Assembly (NCBI GenBank): GCA_951406725.2
Contig: OX597833.1
Span: forward strand, 34,472,001-34,536,000
DNA: 64,000 nt
Origin: Octopus vulgaris
Lineage: Eukaryota
Reading direction: 5' to 3'
The notes beneath the pieces are model-generated. The model was not told the DNA's origin, ran no database searches, and was given only the letters and a program-made list of their open reading frames with translations. Positions 1 through 11,537 of the stretch are shown piece by piece. Numbering within the stretch: the stretch's first letter is position 1; every line of letters begins with the position of its first letter. A program made the translations under genes and the position numbers.

Positions 1-3000
1 AAATGTATGGTTAAGTTGTCACGTAAGGTGTTGGTTAGGGGTTTTCTAAGTAATGACTTGTTGAACCATTTGCGTACATATGTATCCCCTTGTCTAATCT
101 TTTTAACTGAGTTCATCTCTCTCCAATCGTGGAAGTCTGTGATCAAAGTTGTGCATTCTTGAGTGTCTGCTGTAATTTTGCATTCTGCATTTCTGTTCAT
201 TACCATTATTGGTGCTGAATAACTGTATTCATATTTCGGTAGGAACACGTGTTATGCTGTTGTGGGTTGTATTTCCCTTGTTTGGTATGTGAGATAATTT
301 AAGTAGGTTACCAAACCCAGTGTATTTGAAGGTTTCAAGGATTGGAATGGCCACTTCGTCATTGTTTTTTGTTTCCTGCTGTAATGTTGTCACTTTTGAA
401 ATTCATGCTTCTTATTTTGTGTGAAGTTGCATTTGATAGTGATTGTTTGAACTTTATTGGTTAACAAGTAGAGTATGATGTAGTCTTCAGCTTATACTCT
501 TCCCCATCTGAAGTGTCCTGTGTTGTGCATTCCTTTTTCTCTCCATTTGATATTTTGTGAATTTTTCTTTGGTTGTATTCATGTCACATGATTTGATCAT
601 GTTTCTAAACTTTCTGCTGAATTTAAGTATTTGGGTTTTGCTCCTTTCCATCCATTGTTTTCTCCTCTTCTGCCTCTGAATTTTGTGACTGTTGATTTAA
701 AGCTATTGCAGTATCAGTATTATGTCCAGAGACAGCAATATTATTAGTATTGGTTTCTGGTGGTCTGAAGTAGTTATCAAGTCTGAGATAGTGCTTAACA
801 GTGATTTCTCCTGTTGCAAGTATGCCAGTTGGACTGGTCTGTATAGCACTTTTGATGAATTTTTTGTTTTGTTTGCCTCCTGAGTATCTATGTCTGTGGG
901 CATAATTCAAGTAGTGTTCTTTTGCAATTAGATCATGTTCGTTTTGTAGAGGCTCTCATTGGTTGCTACATTGCTGTTAAGATCAAGTTTGATGTGACAA
1001 GCCTATATTAAAAAGTATGCTAAAGACAGACACATACCAAATGTTGACAAAGGACAGAAAATGATCTGTTGGTTGTGCTTGCATTCCAACTAATTTCTTG
1101 CACATTTTAACTTACAGTATTGATTTGTCATTTAGGTTTGGAGGCTAATACATATTTGTCAAATGCACACTACTACCTACCATGGTGTATTCTTTCTCTT
1201 CTTCCTCTAATTGAACTGAACCAGTCAGAATATAGGGCTAATACAAACTATCAACACTGCAACAAGTCAACTAGCCTACTTCTAAGTGTGATTTTACATT
1301 TTTTTAATTGCAGTTCTTTGAAATGTTTTCTTTTGACAAGAAAGTTTGTAGGAAGCCTTAATTGTTCTATGGAGCAAGAAATTACTGCGTAGATAGTACA
1401 AAATATTGCCCTCAGTCAATAGTGACTCTTAGTCATTATTGAGAAAGTGCAATAGTTTAGTTGATTAAGTATTGAACCAGTGTTTGATCTGTAACTAATG
1501 ATGCTATTGTCAACAAATAGTAATAAGGAAGGAAAAATAATCATGTTATCTTCCAATGCTATATATTATAATGCATTGAATTTGTCAGGCAGCAGGACAC
1601 ATGAAAGCAAAGTATAGACAATTTGATGATGGAAAGTACTGAACTAACAAAAAAAAAATAGTTTAGGTTACTAAGAGAGAACTTTTTCTCTCCTGCCTGG
1701 ATTTGCTTTTGTTACATATTTACTACAATTTTTGTTTAGTTGTCTACAAGTCGTTCTTTAACTGTAGTTAGGCTTTTTAAGGTAAGAACAGTTGTATGAG
1801 GATGTGTACACACATGAAGGTAGTAATTCCAAATAAAAGATGTGAACCTTTACAGCCATCCAGAATATGTTAAGGTTACAGTTAAGTTTTATGAAAAAAC
1901 AAAACAAAAACGTAAGTTTCAAATTCAATTTGATTTTTATTCATTTTGACAAATAAATATATTGAACAAAGAAATGGCATTGTGTGGAAACAAAGAAAGC
2001 ATTGAATGTGTTTGTGCATCAACATATATGAAAGATCATTCGACATTGTGATTCATTCTATATCAGAAAAGTATGCTCGACTGAATAAGTTGGGTAAGGA
2101 CAACCAGCTGAGGGGTTTAAATAGCTCATATCCTACCATCAGTATTTTGCTGTCCCGAGCCAAGGTAGTTATTTCTTTCCTCAAAAGTTCATTTATAATC
2201 ATAAGGTCCTAGGTTCAATTTCACTGTATGGCACCTTGGACAAAAATCTGACTTATTTTCAACTCAATCAAGGCCTTCTGAATGAAACTGAGACAGAAAC
2301 TATGTGGAAGCCTACCAGATGGACTGCACCTGTAATTCAGCCTTGTCACACTGATTCTATCAGATTACATTAAAAAAACAAATGTTTATGCAGTCCTCAA
2401 CCACTTACATTGTAATACAATAAGTAGGCAGTTTCACTCACTGATGTTAAAACTGATGCAAAAACCATTAAGTAGGTAACACAAATCTGTTTAGCTGAGC
2501 TCTATGATCAGTCCTGTTAAATTGACAAATTAGTTGTCTTGCAATGCAGAGTTTAATTTTATGAGTGGAAGAAATTACCTGCAAAAGAGCAATATCTTAT
2601 CCCAAAATATAATTATTTCTCATCCATTTGACACAAGAGTTAAGCATCGGTAATTTGAAAAGGATTAGCTTGTTAGCATTTATTTGTTCTGAGTCCACTT
2701 TAATGATGACAGAATCAGTTTTAAAAAGTCAGTTTTATGTACTTTGAAGCCCATAGGAAGAGATAAACTCAGCACTACAAGCTAATAAAATACATTTTAC
2801 AGAAGTCAGGTGTACCTACCTTGTGATATCTATCTATAGCTCAATAACTAGACCCATAAGAAAAGTCTTTGTCACAGACACAACTTAGTGCCATGATATG
2901 AAATACTGACCCTCTGCAGATAAATTCAACTCTAGCAACAGAATGAATATCATGAACGTAGATATATTTATTGTGTACTGTCATTTTCCCTTCCCCATTA

Positions 3001-4604
3001 ACAAAGGATGCTTATTTTCATTAGAAGAGAAAAGTAAATGTGATTTGATTCTTAGAAGGCTTCAGATTTAAGAGTAGAGGCGAAATGTTTGAGGTGCATA
3101 TCTTCCTCAAGGATAACAGGGAAAATGGACTGAAACCAGGCCACTGATTCAATTTGTTAGAAGTGAACCCGTTCTATATTATTCCTTCAGAAGAAATTAA
3201 TAAAAAATCTCCTATAAAAAATTTGTGGGTTTTTAACATAATTGTAAATACTGGTTTCTGTTTAATTACTCTCCATCATAGAATATCTTACGAAATTTTT
3301 GGAGTGCATTTATATTGCATGTTTGTGAAGGAAGCTACAATAATATTTATAAGAGAAAAGTGCCCCAGTATTAGTGTATGTTGGTCTCTTGCTAGATTGA
3401 GATGATTAGTTCAATTTGTATGTACACTAAATGGTAAATTTATAGAAGACATCAATCTTCATTTAGTGTAGAAACCATGTTATGAGGTTCAGCTCTGCAA
3501 ATTTTGAAGTTACTCATCAATGAATGACTTCAAAATTTACTTACAGATGGGGTGTCAACTTTAACAATTTAATTCACAAAATCTGCAGTATGTCTGTTCA
3601 GACAGACATGACTTGAACCGGTTAATAATTATGAGTTTACCAGCAACTAAATGCATATACATTAAAAGACCCCCTTCCCATACTGTAGGACTCAAATTGA
3701 ACTGTGTGAAAAGAGAAAAAGAAAAAGAAACTCATATATGATTACTATATGCTGACTACTATTTCTACAAGTGAGAGAACTAATTTAGAGGCTAACTTGC
3801 TGGTTCAGCAATATGAATTTAATTTAATTTGTTGATCATAAAACAGATAGTTTTGCATAAGTAAACAGCATATAGAAATGATGATTTCTAACATAGGCAC
3901 AATGCCATACATTTGGGAGGAGTTTGTCAAATCAACCCCAGTACACAACTGGTATTTATTTTATTAACATTACAGGATGACAGATATAGTTGATCTCAGT
4001 GAGAATTAAACTGAAAAGGTAAAGTTTTGTATGTAAATATTGCAACAAATAAAAAATTTACAAGAACAGTTCTCAATAACAGATGTTAAAGTTGATTAAC
4101 TTCAGCTCAGAACATGGCTGGTACTTTATCTCATTGACATTGGAAAGAATACAGGCAGAGTTGATGTTGGCAGGATTTGAACTCAGAATGTACAGATCAT
4201 TAAATAGATACTGTAACAAATTAAAAGCAAACAATAATAGTTTTCTAAAATATTTGTACAAGAATCTGAGAAATGTCTGAATTTTTAAAAAAATAATAAA
4301 ACAAAAAATTTAAATATAATGGACGGTACATATTAGTACATAAGAGTAAATAAATAAATGAATGTGTACGCATGAAAACATATTTTAAATGATCAAATGA
4401 AGATTAATGATGTTTGATCTAGTATATTTGTGTTTGTATACTTCATAGAACCTAGGGTAGTTATAGTGATGGTAGCACAAGCATTGTTTACATCTTTACC
4501 ACCACCATCATTATCATTATTTTAATGACCATTTGGTATAAGATGTTATACAGTTAACAATGATCATAAGAATTAGCAGAGAAAAAAGCCTGTGTGTATG
4601 AATT
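1..4604. repeat. Segmental duplication copy 1 (matches 18364-22963; runs off the left edge of the window)
   Basis: Base 1 AAATGTATGGTTAAGTTGTC recurs at 18364. The match is colinear to ...GCCTGTGTGTATGAATT (4604/22963), with scattered substitutions and small indels. Identical spurious ORFs occur in both copies. Confidence 0.97.
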
Positions 4605-5161
4605 ACTTACAAAAAGTTAATTTTTCGATCTGCCGTTCAAGGGGAAAAGATCCAAAAATATCAATTTTTCTGAAAGTTATGAGAGAACAAAATCGGTGGA
4701 GGACACACTTGTGTAGGAATGTCGATAGAAGTAATGAGAACTGACTGAATCTGCCAAAAAAATTAGAAAATAAAATATCGACAATTCATTCTCGATATAG
4801 TTTCAAAACGATTCACCAAATTAGAGAGCTGCATTTGACTATTGACCTGAAATAATAAAGTTTTAATAGTAGCAGTTTATTTTCTAAATTTATTGTCCAA
4901 TTCTAGCATCTTTCATGATCAACACTTAATTTTTTTTTACTTTACCAGAAGCATAAAAGCAAAAAAAAAAAAACGAAAAGAAAAGGACAAAGGAAAAGTC
5001 GCAACGATTAATGCAGAAAGTAAAGGGACATAACTAAATTGTCGTAACATTTAAATATCAAACCTCGCGGCACGTATGCGTGATTATAAACTGTAGTTCT
5101 CTCCCTCGATTTTGTTCAGTTCACATAGCATTTGTGGTAATTTGGTACCTTGGAATAAACT

Positions 5162-5261
5162 ATGCCTAGCTTAGTTATCAATACCTCGGGCGAAAATCCC
5201 ACAAGATTTCTTGTCCAAAGCTACTGAAATGATGTCGAAGCAGATTGGCAAACCATCAAAG
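5162..5261 (+). pseudogene. Frameshifted MIF exon 1 (100 nt instead of 108 nt)
   Basis: Lacks TAATTTAC relative to 10010-10117 and reads MPSLVINTSGENPTRFLVQSY* (TGA 5225-5227). Donor AAG|GTAAGT is intact at 5262. Confidence 0.93.
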
Positions 5262-5352
5262 GTAAGTATGTTAAAGAGCGAATTATTTTATTTAAAGATT
5301 TGCGCGTGGTATTGATTGTTGAGTGGCAGGAGCAGTTTTTACTTTTTTTTTT

Positions 5353-6071
5353 TTAGTTTATTTACCGTTTCAAAATATTAAAGTTCCCTAACGAAGAAGG
5401 AAGTACATCTACATCATTCCCACCTTTCTTTTTCTAGATATAGATTACTCTAAACTATATTAACCAATGTGTCCTACTTTTTTCTATAATGATAGGGCGT
5501 GATTTGATTGAGATTTATTTGGTATTTCAAGCAATTCTAACTTCTGCATTAGGACACCTTCGTTGTCTCGAAATATATGCTTGTTAATAAGGGGGATGAA
5601 AGAAAAAGAAAAGTAAAGTAAGAAAACCAAGTAAGTTATCGTGACATAAGGAAAAAGTCTACTGTCTCTATTTCCCAATCATTGTGTTTATCTATGACCA
5701 CCCTAATAAACGTTTATTAGGGTGGTCATAGATAAACACAATGATTGGGAAATAGAGACAGTAGTCTTTTTCCTTATGTCACAATAGCTTACTTGGTTTC
5801 GTTCTATTTCTTTTCTTTTTCTTTCATCCTCCTTATTAACAAGCATATATTTCGAGACAACGAAGGTGTCCTAATGCGGAAGTTAGAATTGCTTGAAATA
5901 CCAAATAAATCTCCGTCAAATCGCGCCCTATCATTATAGAAAAAAGTAGGACACATTGGTTAATATAGTTTAAAGTAATCTATATCTAGAAAAAGAAAGG
6001 TGGGAATGATGTAGATGTACTTCCTTCTTCGTTAGGGGAACTTTAATATTTTGAAACGGTAAATAAACTAA
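5353..6071. repeat. Spacer-less inverted duplication with arms of about 360 bp
   Basis: Centre ...CCCTAATAAAC|GTTTATTAGGG... at 5711/5712. Mirrored ORFs 5484-5678(-) and 5745-5939(+). The sequence is single-copy in the intact gene (about 10211-10570). Confidence 0.97.
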
Positions 6072-6552
6072 GACGTTTGGATTTGATTTGAGGAGATTGG
6101 GTTGCTATTTGGAACAGAACATGCCACCAAGCAGTCGCTTTTTTTCTTTTTTGTTCGCAGTGACCGTTATTTTTTTGTGATCGTTGCACCCAGTTTCGAT
6201 TCCCCGTTGAAACTAAGCTCGATTCTGTACGAGCTAACAACAACCTCTACATAGCCTCCACTTTTCTAGAAATCAGGTCCTACTATCTTTAATAGGGAAA
6301 TGGTGCATTGCGTCTGTAGTGTACCCCTAATGAGACGGGGTTGTCTCTACAAGTATAACTTTGGTAATAAATTTACAAGATCAGGGTTGAATTTGACCTT
6401 TTTTTAAATATAAAATCGTGAAAAATTTGTAAATGTTTGCTTTTCTTATTTTTATATGTGTACCAAATGCTTATCTAAAAGAAAAGAAAAACACTATTTT
6501 ACTTAAAGCTTTTACAAAGTTTACAAATATTATTACGTTATCATAAGTGATA

Positions 6553-7238
6553 AAAATTCGGTAATTGTTCAGTTTAGTGATATTAAAAAATTACGGAGAT
6601 GTACTCGCATAGCAAGGGATTTGATCTAAGATCGTGTGCTGGAACGAAAACAATTGCAGCGTGGAAGGTTTTTGTAAGCCATTTAGGAAACACACAAAAG
6701 CCGTTCGATTCACTTCAACATTTAAGTTTAATATTTTGACAAATTAAACTTAAATGTTGAAGTGAATCGAACGGCTTTTGTGTGTTTCTTAAATGGCTTA
6801 CAAACACCTTCCACGCTGCAATTGTTGATGTCAAAAAGTAAATAAAAAATGAAGGGGGAGATAACTAGTAAAGGAACGTGCATAAGTCAACATAAATATT
6901 GGTTATTATTTACTTTGGAATTGATCAGATAGGCACGTGGAAAACCAGCGGGACCGCAATTCATTGTTCGTGAAATTGAAATCGTCAACCATGAATCAAT
7001 TTTGAAATATTACCTATTTAGCCGAATAAAGAGACCGGATTCTTCCAGTGGTTGGCAGGGCGACGACTAATAATGAATTTATACACGTGCAAAAATTGTA
7101 ACTCTCCATGTTAGCTTACTGCAGTGTTAGTTGTTTAACAGTAAATTGACTTACGTATGGCCCTTTACTAGTTATCTCCCCCTTAATTTTTATTTACTTT
7201 TCTGATGTCACTAAACTGCACAATTATCAAAAATTCTT
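6553..7238. mobile_element. Old MITE-like element with imperfect terminal inverted repeats of about 95 bp; left arm interrupted by an insertion
   Basis: CAGTTTAGTGATATT..AAGTAAATAAAAAATGAAGGGGGAGATAACTAGTAAAGG..TAAGTCAA is the reverse complement of 7146-7238 (TTGACTTA..CCTTTACTAGTTATCTCCCCCTTAATTTTTATTTACTT..TCACTAAACTG). Confidence 0.6.
6591..6826. mobile_element. Fold-back insertion of 236 bp with a hairpin of about 84 bp (possibly derived from a Penelope-like terminal repeat)
   Basis: Absent at the equivalent site of the intact copy (about 11085). 6649-6732 pairs with 6743-6826. Imperfect flanking duplication GATATTAAAAA/GATGTCAAAAA. Confidence 0.7.
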
Positions 7239-9048
7239 AATGTCTTTCAAGTAGTGAACTTAATGGTGAATTAATCGAAGCAGCCACTCTCCTTTTACAA
7301 TCTATGGTTGTGCTCTAATTAACAATTCATAATGGCAATCTGAATGCTAACAATTTTTTTAATTTTATGAATTGCTGCAAAGTATACGAAATCCCAAGCC
7401 TGCTTCTCCACTCAATAGAATTTAGGACCCATTTTCCACTGGTTAAAATGAGGCTTTTATAGCTTAATGCATCTTTAGTAAATCAGTAGATTGTTTAATC
7501 TCTTTGTTGTCCTGACTGTTTTACACATACTAATTATCATTTTCTGAATATTTTACGTTTATATTTTGAATATAATAGGATGTTGAGCACCTAGAGCAGC
7601 CCTATAAATTGCAAGCTCCTTCTCCCAGCTTTACAATATGAGTCCTCTTTCTCAATATCTTCTGAAACAGTTAAAAAATTATCAACTAGTAAACAAGAAA
7701 TCTATGGTTTTATGTTAATGTATATCACTGTGTAAATCAGCAATAAGGCAAACTTTGAAATGTTTTACACCAAATCTTGTGACTGGTTATATTACAACAC
7801 AACCCCCTCAGCTCCCCCATTCTGCCCCTAATCTGTCCAGCAGTAAAATCATCTGCTCCCTTTATTATTAAGTTTTCGTATTTTTAATTGGATTGAAGTT
7901 TTTGTCTAAATTGTTTAAAAATATCTTTGCCATCCTAGGTGATTCCCTCATTTCCTGAGTGTGAAAATATTGCAGAGCATAGTCATATAACTTTTAATCA
8001 AATAGATTCTCTTCATTTAAATTCTTGCTCGTTTTTCGTTCTTTGAAATTAATTATATCAGAGAAAGTTGAGAGAGATCTCCTTGTCTTTTATAGGCATT
8101 CCCAAATCTTTTGGTATTTAGCTTAAAATTGTGTTGGTCAAAGCCTGTAAGAAAGATTTAGATTAGAGAATTCTAATGGAGTTGCACTCCTAGAGAAGAG
8201 TACGGTAAAGCTTTTAGTTGAAAATCTGGACAAGATGAAAGAGGATTAACAAACATAATTAGGCAAGGTTGGACAGTATTCATGACCTCTGCAGGTTTTC
8301 GTAAACTGATGCCCAGCCCAAATATCTGCAGGAAAAAAAATGTGGGAGGAAATAGCTGAGGTATCTCGTTTGAATGCTTGGAATATGCTGGACATGTTTT
8401 CATAAGACCTAGAAGCAAGGAACAGCACTTGTTTGATGGTGATGTTCATTTATAACTATCAAGGGATGTGGAGACAAGGACACAGGTGTGTGTGTGCGCG
8501 CGCACACACATAAATATGACTTTTCTTTCAGTTTCTACTTAACAAGTCCACTCACTAAGCTTTTCTTAGACTGCAGTGTGAGTGAACCTGAAATCTTGTG
8601 ATTAGGAAGTAAAATTTTTAACCATACTGTCAAGCCTGCACACAAGCACATGTGTGTGAAGCCGTCACATGATGTCATCTTATTGTGAGGCTTTTCATTT
8701 ATAGTGACTTCACTTGTTCAAAAAGGAGGAAGGGTTTAATGTAACATGTATTGAATGTAGTTTTGTGCTATTGAGATATCGTTATTGTAATTCGTTTTCG
8801 AGGACTCTATTTGTAGCATGAGATGTCCTGGTGGCACTTGTGTATAGAAGGGTAAACAGGAATGAAGAGTATTATCATCTGCATTGAATTGTTTATAGTT
8901 ATTAATAATAGTAAATTTGCCATTGGGAAGAATGTTGAAGGCATAATCAGTTGTTTCTGTATACAAAATTTAATGAGCTGGAAAATCTGTCGTCAGTACA
9001 GAAAAAAAATTATGTGATGAATATCAATATTTATGTGTGCGCGCCCAT

Positions 9049-9083
9049 TCTTCTTCTCCTTCTTCTTCTTCTTCTTCTTCTTC

Positions 9084-9144
<61 letters not shown>
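9049..9144. repeat. Compound (CTT)n(ATT)n microsatellite between the two MIF 5' copies
   Basis: Direct reading; explains the poly-L/poly-I ORFs. Confidence 0.98.
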
Positions 9145-9146
<2 letters not shown>

Positions 9147-9932
9147 CAGTATGATAGTAATCTACTCCCTCTGAATTTTATTTGTGGAAATTTTTATTCA
9201 GAAAATACTCAATTTTCTGAAAGAGGAAATAAATTTGGTTCATGTGAATTATCCTGAATGCCACCCGGTACCCTCCGAAAGCACTGTTCACAGTAAATTC
9301 CAGTATAGCATAATCTACATCACCAGAAAGGTGTTTGTAGAAAATTTCATTAAAAAATATCAATTTTTCTGAAAGTTATGAGAAGACAAATTCAGCTGAG
9401 GTCACACTTGTGTAAGAATATCAATGAGAACTGACTGAATCGGCCCAAAAATTTAGAAAATAAAATAGCTAGTTTTATTTGTTAGCCACGTGAGATTAAT
9501 TGAAAAATCGTTCAACACAAATTTTCTTTAGTTATTCGATTGTTTATATATTTAGTTCAAAAGATGTAGAGTAGAAGACTAAATTCATCGTCGATATATT
9601 TTCAAAACGATTCACCAAATTATAGAGCTGCATTTGACTATTGACCTGAATTAATAAAGTTTTAATAGTAGCAGTTTATTTTCTAAATTTCTTGCTCAAT
9701 TCTAGCATCTTTCATTATCAGCACTTGATTGTAGGTGTGTGTGTGTGGGATGGAGTATCGCATGAGTATCATGACTCTCATATTGATTACGAGAAGCATA
9801 AAATTAACAAAAAAAAAACGTAAATAAAAAACGAAAGAAAGGAAAATCGCAACAATTAATGCAGAAAGTAAAGGGACATAACTAAATTGTCGTAACATTT
9901 AAATATCAAACCTCGCGGCACGGATGCGTGAT

Positions 9933-9969
9933 TATAAACTATAGTTCTCTCCCTCGATTTTGTTCAGTT
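9933..9969 (+). promoter_or_regulatory. Candidate MIF core promoter (TATAAA plus Inr-like TCAGTT)
   Basis: TATAAA 9933-9938 and TCAGTT 9964-9969, about 44 nt before the ATG, next to a local CpG cluster. The same motifs are retained at 5085-5090 and 5116-5121. Spacing is slightly longer than canonical. Confidence 0.5.
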
Positions 9970-10009
9970 CACGTAGCATTTGTGGTAATTTGGTACCTTG
10001 GAATAAACT

Positions 10010-10117
10010 ATGCCTATCTTAATTATCAATACTAATTTACCTCGGGCGAAAATCCCACAAGATTTCTTGTCCAAAGCTACTGAAATGATGTCGAAGCAGA
10101 TTGGCAAACCATCAAAG
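10010..10117 (+). CDS. MIF: Macrophage migration inhibitory factor family, exon 1
   Basis: MPILIINTNLPRAKIPQDFLSKATEMMSKQIGKPSK, 108 nt, phase-0 donor GTAAGT. Catalytic N-terminal Pro, NTN and GKP motifs as in MIF. Confidence 0.95.
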
Positions 10118-11216
10118 GTAAGTATGTTAAAGAGCGAATTATTTTATTTGAAGATTTGCGCGTGGTATTGATTGTTGAGTGGCAGGAGCAGTTTTTACTT
10201 TTCTTTTTTTTAGTTTATTTACCGTTTCAAAATATTAAAGTTCCCCTAACGAAGAAGGAAGTACATCTACATCATTCCCACCTTTCTTTTTCTAGATATA
10301 GATTACTTTAAACTATATTAACCAATGTGTCCTACTTTTTTCTATAATGATAGGGCGTGATTTGATTGAGATTTATTTGGTATTTCAAGCAATTCTAACT
10401 TCTGCATTAGGACACCTTCGTTGTCTCGAAATATATGCTTGTTAATAAGGAGGATGAAAGACAAAGAAAAGAAATAGAACGAAACCAAGTAAGCTATTGT
10501 GACATAAGGAAAAAGTCTACTGTCTCTATTTCCCAATCATTGTGTTTATCTAGGACCACTCTAATCAACGTGTCTTGTCTTTTTAAGACGTTTGGATTTG
10601 ATTTGAGGAGATTGGGTTGCTATTTGGAACAGAACATGCGACCAAGCAGTCGCTTTTCTTTTTTGTTCGCAGTAATCGTTGCACCCAGTTTCGATTCCCC
10701 GTTGAAACTAAGCTCGATTCTGTACGAGCTAACAACAACCTCTACATAGCCTCCACTTTTCTAGAAATCAGGTCCTACTATCTTTAATAGGGAAATGGTG
10801 CATTGCGTCTGTAGTGTACCCCTAATGAGACGAGGTTGTCTCTACAAGTATAACTTTGGTAATAAATTTACAAGATCAGGGTAGAATTTGACCTTTTTTT
10901 AAATATAAAAACATGAGAAATTTGTAAATGTTTGCTTTTCTTATCTTTATATATGTGTACCAAATGCTTATCTAAAAGAAAAGAAAAACACTACTCTACT
11001 TAAAGCTTTTACAAAATGTACAAATATTATTACGTTATCATAAGTGATAAAAATTCGGTAATTGTTCAGTTTAGTGATATTAAAAAAGTAAAAAAAAAAA
11101 TGAAGGGGGAGATAACTAGTAAAGGAACGTGCATAAGTCAACGTAAATATTGGTTATTATTTACTTTGAAATTGATCAGAAAGGCACGTGGAAAACCTGC
11201 GGGACCGCAATTCATT

Positions 11217-11537
11217 GGGTTAAACTAAAGCGTTACACCATTCAAAGAAACAAAAAAAAAATGTGTGTAATAGGTGTAAAACAACTTCCTCTGAACGAAT
11301 ATGAAAAAAAAAAGACATGCCAGTTCATAAAAACATTCCTTCAGAATCAGATTCAAAAGGGCAAGGATATGGAAGGAACTTGAAAAATATGTGTCACTTG
11401 TGTTTTAAGCTCTGTCAGTCAGCAGCTGGTCTTAAAAATCATCTGAGGGCGCATCAACGGAGTGATTGTGTTGTGTGGTGTGTGTAGGTGTTGATGGGAC
11501 GGCTATCACCAGTCAAGATGAAGCAATCATTAAGTAT
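11217..11537 (+). mobile_element. 3' end of a non-LTR retrotransposon (RTE-like) with a C-terminal C2H2 finger, in MIF intron 1
   Basis: 11392-11454 translates CHLCFKLCQSAAGLKNHLRAH. The segment is absent from the upstream duplicate, which has different sequence at about 6966-7300. Confidence 0.6.

Larger units (their letters stand above)
4654..9001 (+). pseudogene. Partial MIF duplicate: promoter, exon 1 and most of intron 1, with no exon 2 or 3
   Basis: Colinear with about 9352-13237. Similarity ends at ...GTCAGTACAG/ATCAGTACAG, about 670 bp before exon 2 of the intact copy. Several copy-specific indels are present. Confidence 0.92.

Noticed and set aside
623-4280. ORFs repeated identically at 18986-22629
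   Set aside because: Identity reflects the recent DNA duplication, not protein-level conservation.
5353-6071. Arm mismatches as a genomic record of A-to-I editing
   Set aside because: Mismatch types are mixed and too few to show an A-to-G bias.
8951-9257. Poly-Leu/Ile/Phe ORFs resembling signal or transmembrane peptides
   Set aside because: Translations of the (CTT)n(ATT)n microsatellite.
5484-10536. Three copies of a 64-aa ORF (MGNRDS...) suggesting a small gene family
   Set aside because: Products of the intron duplication and palindrome; non-ATG start and no coding features.
11389-11470. C2H2 finger as an exon of a host zinc-finger gene
   Set aside because: Single finger with no TGEKP linker, lying in a copy-specific insertion; fits a LINE C-terminus better.
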